Positions 1-8,448 of a stretch of 28,810 nucleotides of DNA are shown here, one piece after another. How positions within the stretch are numbered: position 1 is the stretch's first letter; the number at the start of each line of letters is the position of its first letter. Origin of the DNA: a candidate division FCPU426 bacterium (GTDB taxonomy: Bacteria; Oederibacteriota; Muellerivitia; Muellerivitales; Muellerivitaceae); the NCBI GenBank assembly GCA_963847625.1, contig CAWKAR010000035.1, positions 1 through 28,810 on the forward strand. Reading direction: 5' to 3'. Position numbers and translations under genes: made by a program. Under the pieces are notes generated by a model. That model was given only the letters and a program-made list of their open reading frames with translations. It was not told the origin of the DNA and ran no database searches.

Positions 1-26
1 CCCCCAATGTTTGATCCAAATTTAAG

Positions 27-857
27 TTAGTTAAGGCCCAACTTTTCGGCCTTTGCTTCCATTGGGGTTTTTCCCCCCAAACTGCTGTGCGGTCTCTGCC
101 AGTTATACACCTGCCTCCACCAATCCACGACTACCTGGGCCTCCGCTTTTGAAAGAAAAATTTCTTGGTTCAGGCACTCATCCCTAAACTTTCCGTTGAA
201 ACTTTCGATGAATCCATTCTGCCATGGACTCCCTGGTTCGATATATAGCACCTCTACGCCCTTCTCCTCAAGCCAGTTCCTCAGTTCTTTCGCCACGAAC
301 TCTGGCCCGTTGTCCACCCGCAGGCACTTTGGTGTCCCGTACTCCGTCATCAACTCGTCCAGCGTCTCCAGCACGTCCCGGCTTCTCATTCGCTTCTCCG
401 CCCGGATCTCCAAGCATTCCCTAAATCCTTCATCCAACACCGTCAAAAACTTCACCTTTCCCCCGAACCATGTCAGGTCATGCACGAAGTCCATCGTCCA
501 CACCTCGTTGGAACCCAAAGCCGGGTGGGGCCTTCTCCATTCCGTCGGAACCCTCTTCTTCCTGGGTCTCCTGCGCGGTAATTGAAGCCCTGCTACCTGG
601 TAGAGCCTCTCCACCCGCTTGTGATTCACATCAAGGCCTCTGCGTTCCAACATCCACAACATCCGAGGGCTTCCGAAACGTCGGTTTCTTTGCGCTAACT
701 TAACCATTTCCTGCAGGATCACCTGGTTCAACGGATCTTCTGGCTGGGCCTCATATCGAAAACTCGATCGATTTACCCCAAGAACATCACAGGCTCGTCT
801 TTCCGGTACTTCCTGAGCCTTCAGGGCTTCCACCATGCCTTTTTGCTCCTCGATCAA
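27..857 (-). CDS. IS3-family transposase OrfB (integrase-like DDE core)
   Basis: Motifs NHKRVERLY, WTMDFVHD, RVDNGPEF, PGSPWQNGFIESFNGKFRDECLN and RPHSSLG. Confidence 0.93.
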   Translation of the reverse strand: MIEEQKGMVEALKAQEVPERRACDVLGVNRSSFRYEAQPEDPLNQVILQEMVKLAQRNRRFGSPRMLWMLERRGLDVNHKRVERLYQVAGLQLPRRRPRKKRVPTEWRRPHPALGSNEVWTMDFVHDLTWFGGKVKFLTVLDEGFRECLEIRAEKRMRSRDVLETLDELMTEYGTPKCLRVDNGPEFVAKELRNWLEEKGVEVLYIEPGSPWQNGFIESFNGKFRDECLNQEIFLSKAEAQVVVDWWRQVYNWQRPHSSLGGKTPMEAKAEKLGLN

Positions 858-1122
858 TACCCCTTTTTTTTATGTGCTCTTGGAGAACCTGAATAGCCAG
901 GGCCTGATCACCCGCTAACTGCTTGAGTTTCCGGTTTTCTTCTTCCAGCTGTTTGATGCGGTGGACTTCGGAAACTCCAAGGCTTCCGTACATGCGTTTC
1001 CAGCGGTAGTAAGTCTGCTCGGAAATGCCATGCTTTCGGAGAACTTCCTCAACGGCGGGAGCTTTCTCCGCCTCGCGGAGAATAGCCACTATCTGCTCAG
1101 ATAAAAACCGTTTCTTTGCCAT
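787..1122 (-). CDS. IS3-family transposase OrfA (HTH)
   Basis: KRFLSEQIVAILRE...RKHGISEQTYYRWKRMYG...LEEENRKLKQL is typical of IS407-type OrfA. An A8G4 run lies at 860-871; the C-terminal ~25 aa are probably read-through. Confidence 0.9.
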   Translation of the reverse strand: MAKKRFLSEQIVAILREAEKAPAVEEVLRKHGISEQTYYRWKRMYGSLGVSEVHRIKQLEEENRKLKQLAGDQALAIQVLQEHIKKRGIDRGAKRHGGSPEGSGSTGKTSL

Positions 1123-1185
1123 CTTTCCCCTCCCGATCTATAATCCAAAACTAACATATTTTTGGATCAGTTTTCGGGGGAAAGG

Positions 1186-1590
1186 TCAACCCTCGTAAAT
1201 GTCGCCCTTTACGTCGGCTTCCATGCTGATCCATTTTTCCGGGTCAATGAGATCAGTCACAAGGCGCTTTAATGTGGCCGGATTCTGGATTTCCATTTTG
1301 GCTTTCTTGAAAATCTCACCTAACATTCCCGGCTTTTTGGAAAGTTCTTCCAGAATATGACGATAATGGGTTTCCAGCTCCGCGCCTTCCAACCTTAAAA
1401 GGCTTTGCCAGTCCAAATCACGGGGTACGATCGGCTTTTTGTTATAAGGCGGTTTAGTCAGTTCATCGGCCATTTTGAGGAAAAGAAGAAAAGTAATTTG
1501 TTCCGTATATGCCATATAAGAAAGTCCGTCATCCCGCAGGACGTGGGCATAGTTCCAAGCTTTATTGACAATCGTTTGGCTGTCGGTCAT
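1186..1590 (-). pseudogene. hsdM: Type I R-M methyltransferase HsdM, N-terminal 134 aa, interrupted by IS
   Basis: IVNKAWNYAHVLRDDGLSYMAYTEQITFLLFLKMADE...KGDIYEG is an HsdM N-terminal domain. The stop codon (1186-1188) is the IS terminal TGA. No SAM-binding or NPP(F/Y) motif is reached. Confidence 0.92.
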
Positions 1591-3068
1591 TTTATTTTTA
1601 CCTTTTTATTAAACTGTCGCGGTTTGGGCTTTTCCAATTTTGTTCTGACTACTGTCTTAATAGCACTTTCCTCACGAATTCGTACCAACAATTTTTCCGC
1701 AGATTCATCCTTCGGATCTTGAGGAATAAGTTTCCCCTCAAAGGCTCGTTTCAAAATGGATTGTTTTAAATGAATAGCACGTTTGAGATTAGCTATAACC
1801 AATTTTTCAGCTTCTTCTACAACACTCAACCGTCGATCCACCTCTTCAACTATTTTTATTTGTTCCAACAATGGTGGAAGAGGAAGACATATTCCTTTAA
1901 GTTTCAAAATGTTAATCGAGCTCTGGTTAACAGCATGTTGTGCAATTGATAAAAAGAATCCCGAAAATCTAAAATTAGTAAGAATTATATGAATTAACTT
2001 TGGATTAACTAACTCAGGTACCGATCTTAACAACAAGAGATTCATACCATGCAGGAGAAGGGTTTTTGGTAATTCAAAAAGAGCTGTCTTCCCAAGATGT
2101 TCATCACTGTTTATATGGCTGAAGAGTATGTCCCCGTTTTCAAGTTTCCATTTTTTAATTTCTTCATTTGTAAATCCATTCACATAACGAACACGTTTTA
2201 AATCTATTTTGGCTAATGAAATTGTTTCAATTCGGCTTACGGGGACACCAACTGGTTCCGATATTTGCTTTGCAGTAGTACCATTACAAATTTGTAACAT
2301 AAGTTGATCTAATGTAGCCCAAGTCCAATTTTCCGGAAGTTTCTTAAGTTTCTCAACATTAGGGTTAACCGGTTCTACATACCCCCTCTTTTTGGGACAC
2401 TTCTGAAGACGTTCGAGGAGGATTTGTTTTAGTAGATTTTTAGCGGGTTCAACATTGGGGTTCTGTTTGCGCCATTCCTCTGTGAGTTTTCCTTCGACAG
2501 CGGCTTTAAGCACCGAAGCGCGATAACTTTTCAGTTTTTCTTTCACCCTCTTTAATGCCGCTACACCGGCATCAAGATCAGAAAATAATTCTTCAATCTT
2601 TTCGACTATTCTTATTTGTTCCTTTTCAGGAGGAAGGTTGATTTCAAATTTTCCAATCTCTTCAAAATCAACCCTTGGTCTATCGCCTTCATTTAGGTGA
2701 CTTGCATAGCTAACAAAATCATATGAATTAAGGCGATATTGCAAAAAAGAACTCCGAAGAAGTGGAGTATCTGGAAAAACGATGAACTCTGCAGAGCACA
2801 ACCCATCAAATTCCGGCCTAATAACTTTATTTAAATATGGCCGCAGTCTCCCGTATAAGACATCCCTAGCTTCGAATTTCGCAGCAGAACTCTTCATTTC
2901 CGAAGCTACTATACTGCCAAGAAGTTTCATTGTATGTGCTTCTACATGCTCAAGACCGATATATCGACTTTTGGGGAAATTGGTTGGTAATACTCGAAAT
3001 CTTCGTGGTGTTATTAAGTTATTAAGCGGTGAGGAAATCCATCCAGGTTGCAATTGTTTCTTTTTCAT
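1587..3068 (-). CDS. hsdS: Type I R-M specificity subunit HsdS
   Basis: Two variable TRDs, each followed by a conserved helix (LPPEKEQIRIVEKIEELFSDLD; LPPLLEQIKIVEEVDRRLS), and C-terminal LKQSILKRAFEGKLIPQDP. ATGA overlaps with both hsdR and hsdM. Confidence 0.93.
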   Translation of the reverse strand: MKKKQLQPGWISSPLNNLITPRRFRVLPTNFPKSRYIGLEHVEAHTMKLLGSIVASEMKSSAAKFEARDVLYGRLRPYLNKVIRPEFDGLCSAEFIVFPDTPLLRSSFLQYRLNSYDFVSYASHLNEGDRPRVDFEEIGKFEINLPPEKEQIRIVEKIEELFSDLDAGVAALKRVKEKLKSYRASVLKAAVEGKLTEEWRKQNPNVEPAKNLLKQILLERLQKCPKKRGYVEPVNPNVEKLKKLPENWTWATLDQLMLQICNGTTAKQISEPVGVPVSRIETISLAKIDLKRVRYVNGFTNEEIKKWKLENGDILFSHINSDEHLGKTALFELPKTLLLHGMNLLLLRSVPELVNPKLIHIILTNFRFSGFFLSIAQHAVNQSSINILKLKGICLPLPPLLEQIKIVEEVDRRLSVVEEAEKLVIANLKRAIHLKQSILKRAFEGKLIPQDPKDESAEKLLVRIREESAIKTVVRTKLEKPKPRQFNKKVKIK

Positions 3069-5851
3069 GCAACTAGTCTCAAATTCAATTCATTCAACAA
3101 AGCCAGTAAGTTGTTACCAAATACTTGATGCGCTTTACCCAAACCGCCAAATTGTTTAAATGGCACTTCTTCCAAATCTTCCATTCCTATGGATAGACTT
3201 GAAGAAATATGGTCTTTGATGGTATCTAACCAATGGCACTGTTCATCCGTAAAGACCATGCCAGCTTTCTGCTTTTCGTCTAACCAAACCCTATAACGGC
3301 TTTCCACAATGGATTCAACCGGTTCCAAAATCGTCTCCGGCTGAATGGCATGTCGAACAAGGGCAATCAAATCCACCAACTGTTTGGCTTTTCCCTTCAC
3401 CTTTTGAGGTTCTACAGTCTCGTAAGCTTGCCAAAGGCGCTGGACGGTTTGGGGTTGTTGGGAGTTGATGAAAAACGGTGACCCGCCCAACTGTTGGGCC
3501 AAATCCTTCACTTGGCCGTAACGCAGGCCCAATCGGTAAGGGCGGCTGTAAAGTACCTGGATGGCCTCGATTTCCTGTTTATGTTCCTCGATGAATTTTT
3601 TGAAATCCCTTACCAGCGATTCCGCTTTCTCCTTGGCGGCGCCATCGAACCCCGCTTGGATAAGCTTGTCCTGATTGACCTCGTCCAGGATTTGTTCGGA
3701 ATCGGTTTGGGCCTTCTCAATGGCCTGCCGAAGCTTGGGGTTGAAGAAGGGTTTCAGGGCTTCCTTCATGGTTTCTTGTTCCGCCTGCACCAACAGTTTT
3801 TCCTCGGGTTCATGGCCGGGGAAAAGATTGAATTTCTCAACGGCTCTTTTGGACACCAAGTCCGGATCAATGCTCTTTAAAAGCCTGTCAGCCAATTCCT
3901 TTAGGCTTAACCCACCCGCTTCCTTTGATATTTGCTTCCTTTGCTCGTCATTAAGTTTGTGGTTCAAGCGAACCAACCTAGAAGCCAGGGTGGAAACCAA
4001 ATCGGCGCTTGCGCCCCCCGCGGCCGCGGTCTTCAAAATGGCCTGCAAAGTCACGGTAGGTTGGCAATCCAAGGGTTTAGAAAAAGATTTCTCCGATTCC
4101 GTGACTCCAACTGCGTCCACAACCACGAACCTGTCCTTGACGCGGGTATCCGGCGTGACGCTTTGAAGGTCGTCCTCGTTGATGACCCGCACCCCCCGGC
4201 CCTTCATCTGCTCGAAATACGAGGCTGAGTTGATATTGCGCATGAAGAGCAGGCATTCCAGGGGCTTCACATCCGTGCCGGTGGCGATCATATCCACCGT
4301 GACCACGATCCGGGGGAAATAGGAATTGCGGAACTCGTTCAGCAACTCATTGGGGTCGCGTCCGGTGGTCTTGCTGGTAATCTTCTGGCAGAATTCGTTC
4401 CCCTTGCCGAATTCCTCCCGGATGATTCGTGTGATATCCTCGGCGTGGGAATCCAACTTGGCGAAAACCAGGGTCTTGGGCACCTCGGTGCGGCCCGGGA
4501 AAATTTCGGTGAAAAGCTTGTCCCTGAAGGTTTGGACAACAAGGCGGATTTGGCTTTCATTGATCACATCCCTATCCAATTGGCTGCTTTCGTAGATGAT
4601 GTCGTTATCCAGTTCCGCCAGGCGCTTCTGGCGGGTCATACGGTCCCGCCGGGGCACGAAGAAGCCCGGTTGCTTGGATAGCTTAGACCCCCGACCGCTG
4701 ATTTGGGTTTCGATGCGGTACACGTCGTACCCCACGTTGACGCCGTCCACCACCGCCTGCTCATGGGGGTATTCCATGACCAGGTTCTGCTTGAAAAAAC
4801 CGATGGTCTGGGCGCTGGGCGTGGCGGTGAGGCCGATAAGGAAGGTATCGAAGTATTCCAAAACCTGCCGCCAGAGGTTGTAGATGGATCGGTGGCATTC
4901 GTCCACGATGATGAAGTCGAAGAATTCCGGGGGGATTTTCGTGTTGTAAACCACCGGCAAGGGTTCCTTGAAAAGGCGGGGGGCCGTCTCGAAAAGGGAG
5001 TCCTCCTCGTTGGCCTCGTCGTATTCCTCCTCGCCCTTAAGGATGGAATAAAGCCGCTGGATAGTGGTAATGACCAGGTGGGAGGAAGGCGCGATGGTGT
5101 TCTTTTTCAGGTGCTGGACGTTGTATTCCTCCACGAACTTGTAATTGTTGTAGGGGGACTGGAACTGCTGGAATTCATTCAGGGTCTGGCGGCCCAGGTT
5201 GTTGCGGTCCACTAAAAACAGGATGCGTTTGGCCTTTGCGAACTTGATGAGGCGGTAGGCGATGTTGCAGGCCGTGAAGGTCTTTCCGGAACCGGTCGCC
5301 ATTTGGATGAGGGCGCGGGGTTTGTTTTGGGCCAGGGATTTTTCCAGGTTTTGGATGGCGGTGATCTGCTTTTCCCATAGGTGCCCGATTTCCAATGACG
5401 GCATTACTTTAAGGTTTGCTCGCAACTGGTTGTCCAATTGGGCCAAACGGACAAGCTCATCGGGCCTGAAGAAAGAAAAGATATCCCGGCTTCGGGGTTC
5501 CGGGTCCAAAAGGTCCGTGAACTGGGTCTCGACCCCCGTGGATTCATAGGCAAAAGGCAAAGGCGAGCGCCAACTGGGTAATTTGGTGGGAAAACCCTTC
5601 ACGTATTTATCTGATTGTTCCTCGACGCCCTTTAGGCCTTGGCCTTCCGATTTTGCCTCTACCGTTCCGATGGCCTTGCCATCGGCGTAAAGCAGGTAAT
5701 CCACATGGCCTGTTTCCAAGGGGAATTCCCGGACCGCCAAGTAGGGGGAGGCGGATAGGTCCATTTCCTTATAGTCTTGGAGCATCCAGCCGGATTTTTC
5801 CAGCTGTCGGTCGATATTCTGGCGGGCTTTTTGTTCAGGTGTGGGACTCAT
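3065..5851 (-). CDS. hsdR: Type I R-M restriction subunit HsdR
   Basis: Nuclease D..EAK (VDYLLY...VEAK), Walker A MATGSGKT, DECHR, TATP and QMKGRGVR helicase motifs, plus an EcoEI-R-like C-terminus. Confidence 0.95.
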   Translation of the reverse strand: MSPTPEQKARQNIDRQLEKSGWMLQDYKEMDLSASPYLAVREFPLETGHVDYLLYADGKAIGTVEAKSEGQGLKGVEEQSDKYVKGFPTKLPSWRSPLPFAYESTGVETQFTDLLDPEPRSRDIFSFFRPDELVRLAQLDNQLRANLKVMPSLEIGHLWEKQITAIQNLEKSLAQNKPRALIQMATGSGKTFTACNIAYRLIKFAKAKRILFLVDRNNLGRQTLNEFQQFQSPYNNYKFVEEYNVQHLKKNTIAPSSHLVITTIQRLYSILKGEEEYDEANEEDSLFETAPRLFKEPLPVVYNTKIPPEFFDFIIVDECHRSIYNLWRQVLEYFDTFLIGLTATPSAQTIGFFKQNLVMEYPHEQAVVDGVNVGYDVYRIETQISGRGSKLSKQPGFFVPRRDRMTRQKRLAELDNDIIYESSQLDRDVINESQIRLVVQTFRDKLFTEIFPGRTEVPKTLVFAKLDSHAEDITRIIREEFGKGNEFCQKITSKTTGRDPNELLNEFRNSYFPRIVVTVDMIATGTDVKPLECLLFMRNINSASYFEQMKGRGVRVINEDDLQSVTPDTRVKDRFVVVDAVGVTESEKSFSKPLDCQPTVTLQAILKTAAAGGASADLVSTLASRLVRLNHKLNDEQRKQISKEAGGLSLKELADRLLKSIDPDLVSKRAVEKFNLFPGHEPEEKLLVQAEQETMKEALKPFFNPKLRQAIEKAQTDSEQILDEVNQDKLIQAGFDGAAKEKAESLVRDFKKFIEEHKQEIEAIQVLYSRPYRLGLRYGQVKDLAQQLGGSPFFINSQQPQTVQRLWQAYETVEPQKVKGKAKQLVDLIALVRHAIQPETILEPVESIVESRYRVWLDEKQKAGMVFTDEQCHWLDTIKDHISSSLSIGMEDLEEVPFKQFGGLGKAHQVFGNNLLALLNELNLRLVA

Positions 5852-5911
5852 ATCCGCTCATAGTATAAAATTTAAAGCGATTATCCCCTTTAGATAAGTA
5901 ATTAAATAAGG

Positions 5912-6009
5912 TTAAACCGCCGATCAAATCCGATGGACGCCGATAAGTTTGAAAACGCTTTGAACTATAAGCCGATATCGGCGTCAATCGGCCGTTATCG
6001 GCGGTTAAA
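5912..6009. repeat. Imperfect ~34 bp inverted repeat built from (G)CCGAT submotifs; REP-like hairpin upstream of hsdR
   Basis: Left arm TTAAACCGCCGATCAAATCCGATGGACGCCGATA; right arm TATCGGCGTCAATCGGCCGTTATCGGCGGTTAAA. Confidence 0.75.
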
Positions 6010-6273
6010 TGGTTTGACTATCGAATCTAATTTTCTTGTTTACTTATTTCAAAGGGATATTCGCCAAATTTAATACGAAAGACAGGGTTCAATTAAACCA
6101 AAAACCATCCTATATGGTTCAAGAAATCTTTAATTATCAGCAGTTTGATTACCCCGTAATCAAATAAACCCCGAGAAAATCCATGTAAATAGGCTGATTC
6201 CCTAAAATTCCCATTAATTTTCGGTTCTGATTCATGAAATAGCCCATACCGGTAGACGGTGATTCTCGGTTTC

Positions 6274-6717
6274 TGCGGGCAGGGCTCCCGGCTTCTGCGG
6301 GCAGGACCCCAGCCTCTGCGGGCAGGGCTACCGGCCTCTGCGGGCAGGACCCTTGGAAAATGCGGGCAGGGCTTCCAGACCTGCGGGCAGGATTCCGGGC
6401 CTCTGCGGGCAGGACACACGAAAAATGCGGGCAGGGCTTCCAGACCTGCGGACAGGGCTTCCAGACCTGCGGGAAGGACTTCCGGCGTCTGCGGGCAGGA
6501 CCTCCGGCTTCTGCGGGCAGGACCCCAGCCTCTGCGGGCAGGACTGCCGGCACCTGCGGGCAGGGCTCCCAGAACCTGCGGGCAGGGGGACCTCGGAAAT
6601 GCGGGAAGGACTCCCAGCGTCTGCGGGCAGGACCCCCGGCGTCTGCGGGCAGGACTTCCGGTGTCTGTGGGCAGGACCCTGGCTCTGCGGGCAGGACCCC
6701 CGTCTTCTGCGGGCAGG
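6274..6717 (+). repeat. Tandem array of 21 TGCGGGCAGG cores with 10-13 nt variable linkers (period mostly 21-22 bp)
   Basis: Cores at 6274, 6296, 6317, 6339, 6361, 6382, 6404, 6426, 6447, 6468, 6490, 6512, 6533, 6555, 6577, 6600, 6622, 6644, 6666, 6686 and 6708. Four carry one mismatch. Confidence 0.95.
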
Positions 6718-6719
6718 GA

Positions 6720-7140
6720 TGTGGGCGGTTTATCCTCCCTACCGGCAAATGACATTGGGAATGTGGGCAGTTTATCCTCCCGGTGAACTGGGTTATCCCC
6801 TTTTGAACTGGGTTATCCACCCGGTGAACTGGGTTACCTGGTTTGCGTACTGGGTTCGCGGCCTTGTGTACTGGGAATGTGGGCGGGTTATCTCCCCTGC
6901 CCGCAAATGACACCGGAAATGTGGGCGGGTTATCCCCCCCTGTCGGCAAATGATACTGGGTTTGTGGGCGGGTTATCTCCCCCTGTCGGCAAATGACACT
7001 GGGTTTGTGGGCGGGTTATCTCCCCTGCCGACGGATGTTCACGGGAATGTGGGCAGTTTATCCTCCCGGTGAACTGGGTTACCTGGTTTGCGTACTGGGT
7101 TCGCGGCCTTGTGTACTGGGAATGTGGGCGGGTTATCCTT
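6720..7140 (+). repeat. Mosaic of 42-43 bp TGTGGGCRGKTTATC...GCAAATGACAC units and ~21 bp ACTGGGTT units (left of IS)
   Basis: TGTGGGC units at 6720, 6762, 6878, 6920, 6963, 7006, 7048 and 7123; ACTGGG at 6787, 6807, 6828, 6849, 6870, 7073, 7094 and 7115. Confidence 0.92.
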
Positions 7141-7231
7141 TGGAGTGCGCCCTACCGGTTGGACAGTTCAGCTGAAAAATAGACAATAGGGAAACGGCTC
7201 AAGGGGTAGCCCCCCAAAGGAGCGTTTCCAG

Positions 7232-7579
7232 ATGGGTAAAATACGACGAAAATTCAGTGTTGATTTCAAACAACAGGTTCTCCGGGAAATAGAGGCTGGC
7301 CAGTCCCTGAATGGGGCCGCCCGCCAATATCAAATCGACCCTAGCGTCATAAAACATTGGCGGGATAAATTTCGCCAAGGAACCCTCGTTGAAAAGCCTT
7401 CCGCCCGCGAAAAAGCCTTGGAGAAAGAAAATGAGAAGCTCAAGGCCAAAATCGGGGAAATGGTCATGGCCATGGACCTTTTAAAAAAATTCCAAAAATA
7501 CGTGGAAAACCAGAAAAAGCTCGATACCTCCGTGATCACCGCGAAGAATTTGGCTCAATTTCAAAAGGATGTCGAATGA
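7232..7579 (+). CDS. IS3-family transposase OrfA
   Basis: RRKFSVDFKQQVL...ARQYQIDPSVIKHWR HTH plus the coiled coil LEKENEKLK. AAGGAG RBS upstream. Confidence 0.92.
   Translation: MGKIRRKFSVDFKQQVLREIEAGQSLNGAARQYQIDPSVIKHWRDKFRQGTLVEKPSAREKALEKENEKLKAKIGEMVMAMDLLKKFQKYVENQKKLDTSVITAKNLAQFQKDVE
7479..7489 (+). promoter_or_regulatory. Probable -1 ribosomal frameshift site (TTA AAA AAA) producing OrfAB
   Basis: A7 run at 7483-7489. The -1 frame is stop-free from here into the orfB ATG at 7576. Confidence 0.7.
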
Positions 7580-8421
7580 TGGAGATCCCTCGAAGCACCT
7601 ATTATTCGGCCCTCAAGAGTTCACGGGAAACTCAGGAGCAAAAAGATCAATCCTTGAAGGACCTCATTGAGAAGGTGAGGCTGATTTTCCCCTATTACGG
7701 TTATCGGAAGCTCTACAAACACTTCTTACGGGAAGGATTAAGAATCAACGCTAAAAGAATTCGGCGAGTGGTAAGGAAATACGGCCTTTTCCCAATTTAT
7801 TGGATGAAAAAGTTTAAAGTCCAAACCACCCAATCCGACCACGACCTGCCGGTTTTTCCCAATCTCTTGAAAGGGTTGAAGGAAACTGCCATCAATCAAG
7901 TTTGGGTGGCGGATATTACTTATATTCGGATCCTCACTTGTTTTGTGTATCTGGCGGCCATCCTGGATCGTTTTTCCAGGAAGGTGATTGGTTGGGCGAT
8001 TTCCAGGAGGTTGGATCGGGAGATTTCCCTTCAAGCCTTGAAAATGGCTTTGGAAGAAAGAAAACCACCCGAGGGCTGCATTCACCACTCGGATCGCGGG
8101 GTGCAGTATGCCTGTTGGGACTATGTGAGCCTTCTTCAAGCCAAGGGCTTGAGGGTCAGCATGTCCAGAACAGGCAACCCTTACGACAACGCACACGCGG
8201 AGTCATTTTTCAAGACATTGAAATACGAGGAGGTGCATCTTTTCAATTACGAAACGTTTGAGGAAGTGCTTCAACGGCTTCCTTACTTCATCGAGGAGGT
8301 GTATAACAAAAAACGGTTGCACTCTTCCCTCGGTTATCTGCCACCGGAGGAGTTTGAACGTCATGTGGTCTCAAGGCCACTGACTGAAATAGCCGTTAAA
8401 CCTATTCTCAACTTAGAGTGA
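7576..8421 (+). CDS. IS3-family transposase OrfB (DDE)
   Basis: YGYRK, WVADITYI, HHSDRGVQY, SMSRTGNPYDNAHAESFFKTLKYE and RLHSSLGYLPP motifs. Confidence 0.95.
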   Translation: MMEIPRSTYYSALKSSRETQEQKDQSLKDLIEKVRLIFPYYGYRKLYKHFLREGLRINAKRIRRVVRKYGLFPIYWMKKFKVQTTQSDHDLPVFPNLLKGLKETAINQVWVADITYIRILTCFVYLAAILDRFSRKVIGWAISRRLDREISLQALKMALEERKPPEGCIHHSDRGVQYACWDYVSLLQAKGLRVSMSRTGNPYDNAHAESFFKTLKYEEVHLFNYETFEEVLQRLPYFIEEVYNKKRLHSSLGYLPPEEFERHVVSRPLTEIAVKPILNLE

Positions 8422-8448
8422 AACTGTCGCTGGTAAGGGCGCAGTCCA

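Larger units (their letters stand above)
1..1188 (-). mobile_element. IS3-family insertion sequence (IS407 group); distal terminal IR cut by the window edge
   Basis: The minus-strand end reads TGACCTTTCCCCCGAAAACTGATCCAAAAATATGTTAG (1188-1151). The window start CCCCCAATGTTTGATCCAAATTTAAGTTAG (1-30) matches it, lacking the outer ~8 nt. Contains orfA and a DDE orfB. Confidence 0.93.
7141..8448 (+). mobile_element. Complete IS3-family insertion sequence, 1308 bp, with 4 bp target duplication CCTT
   Basis: IRL TGGAGTGCGCCCTACCGGTTGGACAGTTCA; IRR (reverse complement) TGGACTGCGCCCTTACCAGCGACAGTTTCA; CCTT at 7137-7140 and 8449-8452. Confidence 0.95.

Noticed and set aside
1587..3068. hsdS shufflon
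   Set aside because: Only one hsdS, with no recombinase or flanking inverted repeats in the window.
3494..5549. Multiple + strand ORFs opposite hsdR (likewise opposite araC, pfp and fbaB)
   Set aside because: Shadow ORFs of well-supported genes.
6850..6890. G-quadruplex from GGG tracts
   Set aside because: Only three closely spaced tracts; the fourth needs a long loop, and a competing hairpin exists.
6093..7175. Overlapping ORFs across the repeat array
   Set aside because: Several frames on both strands are open because the GC-rich repeat lacks stops. The 21/22 bp period shifts peptide motifs between frames, and there are no domains.
1..8448. Composite transposon carrying the hsd genes
   Set aside because: The two IS have different IRs and transposases, and the second has its own target duplication, so they are independent insertions.
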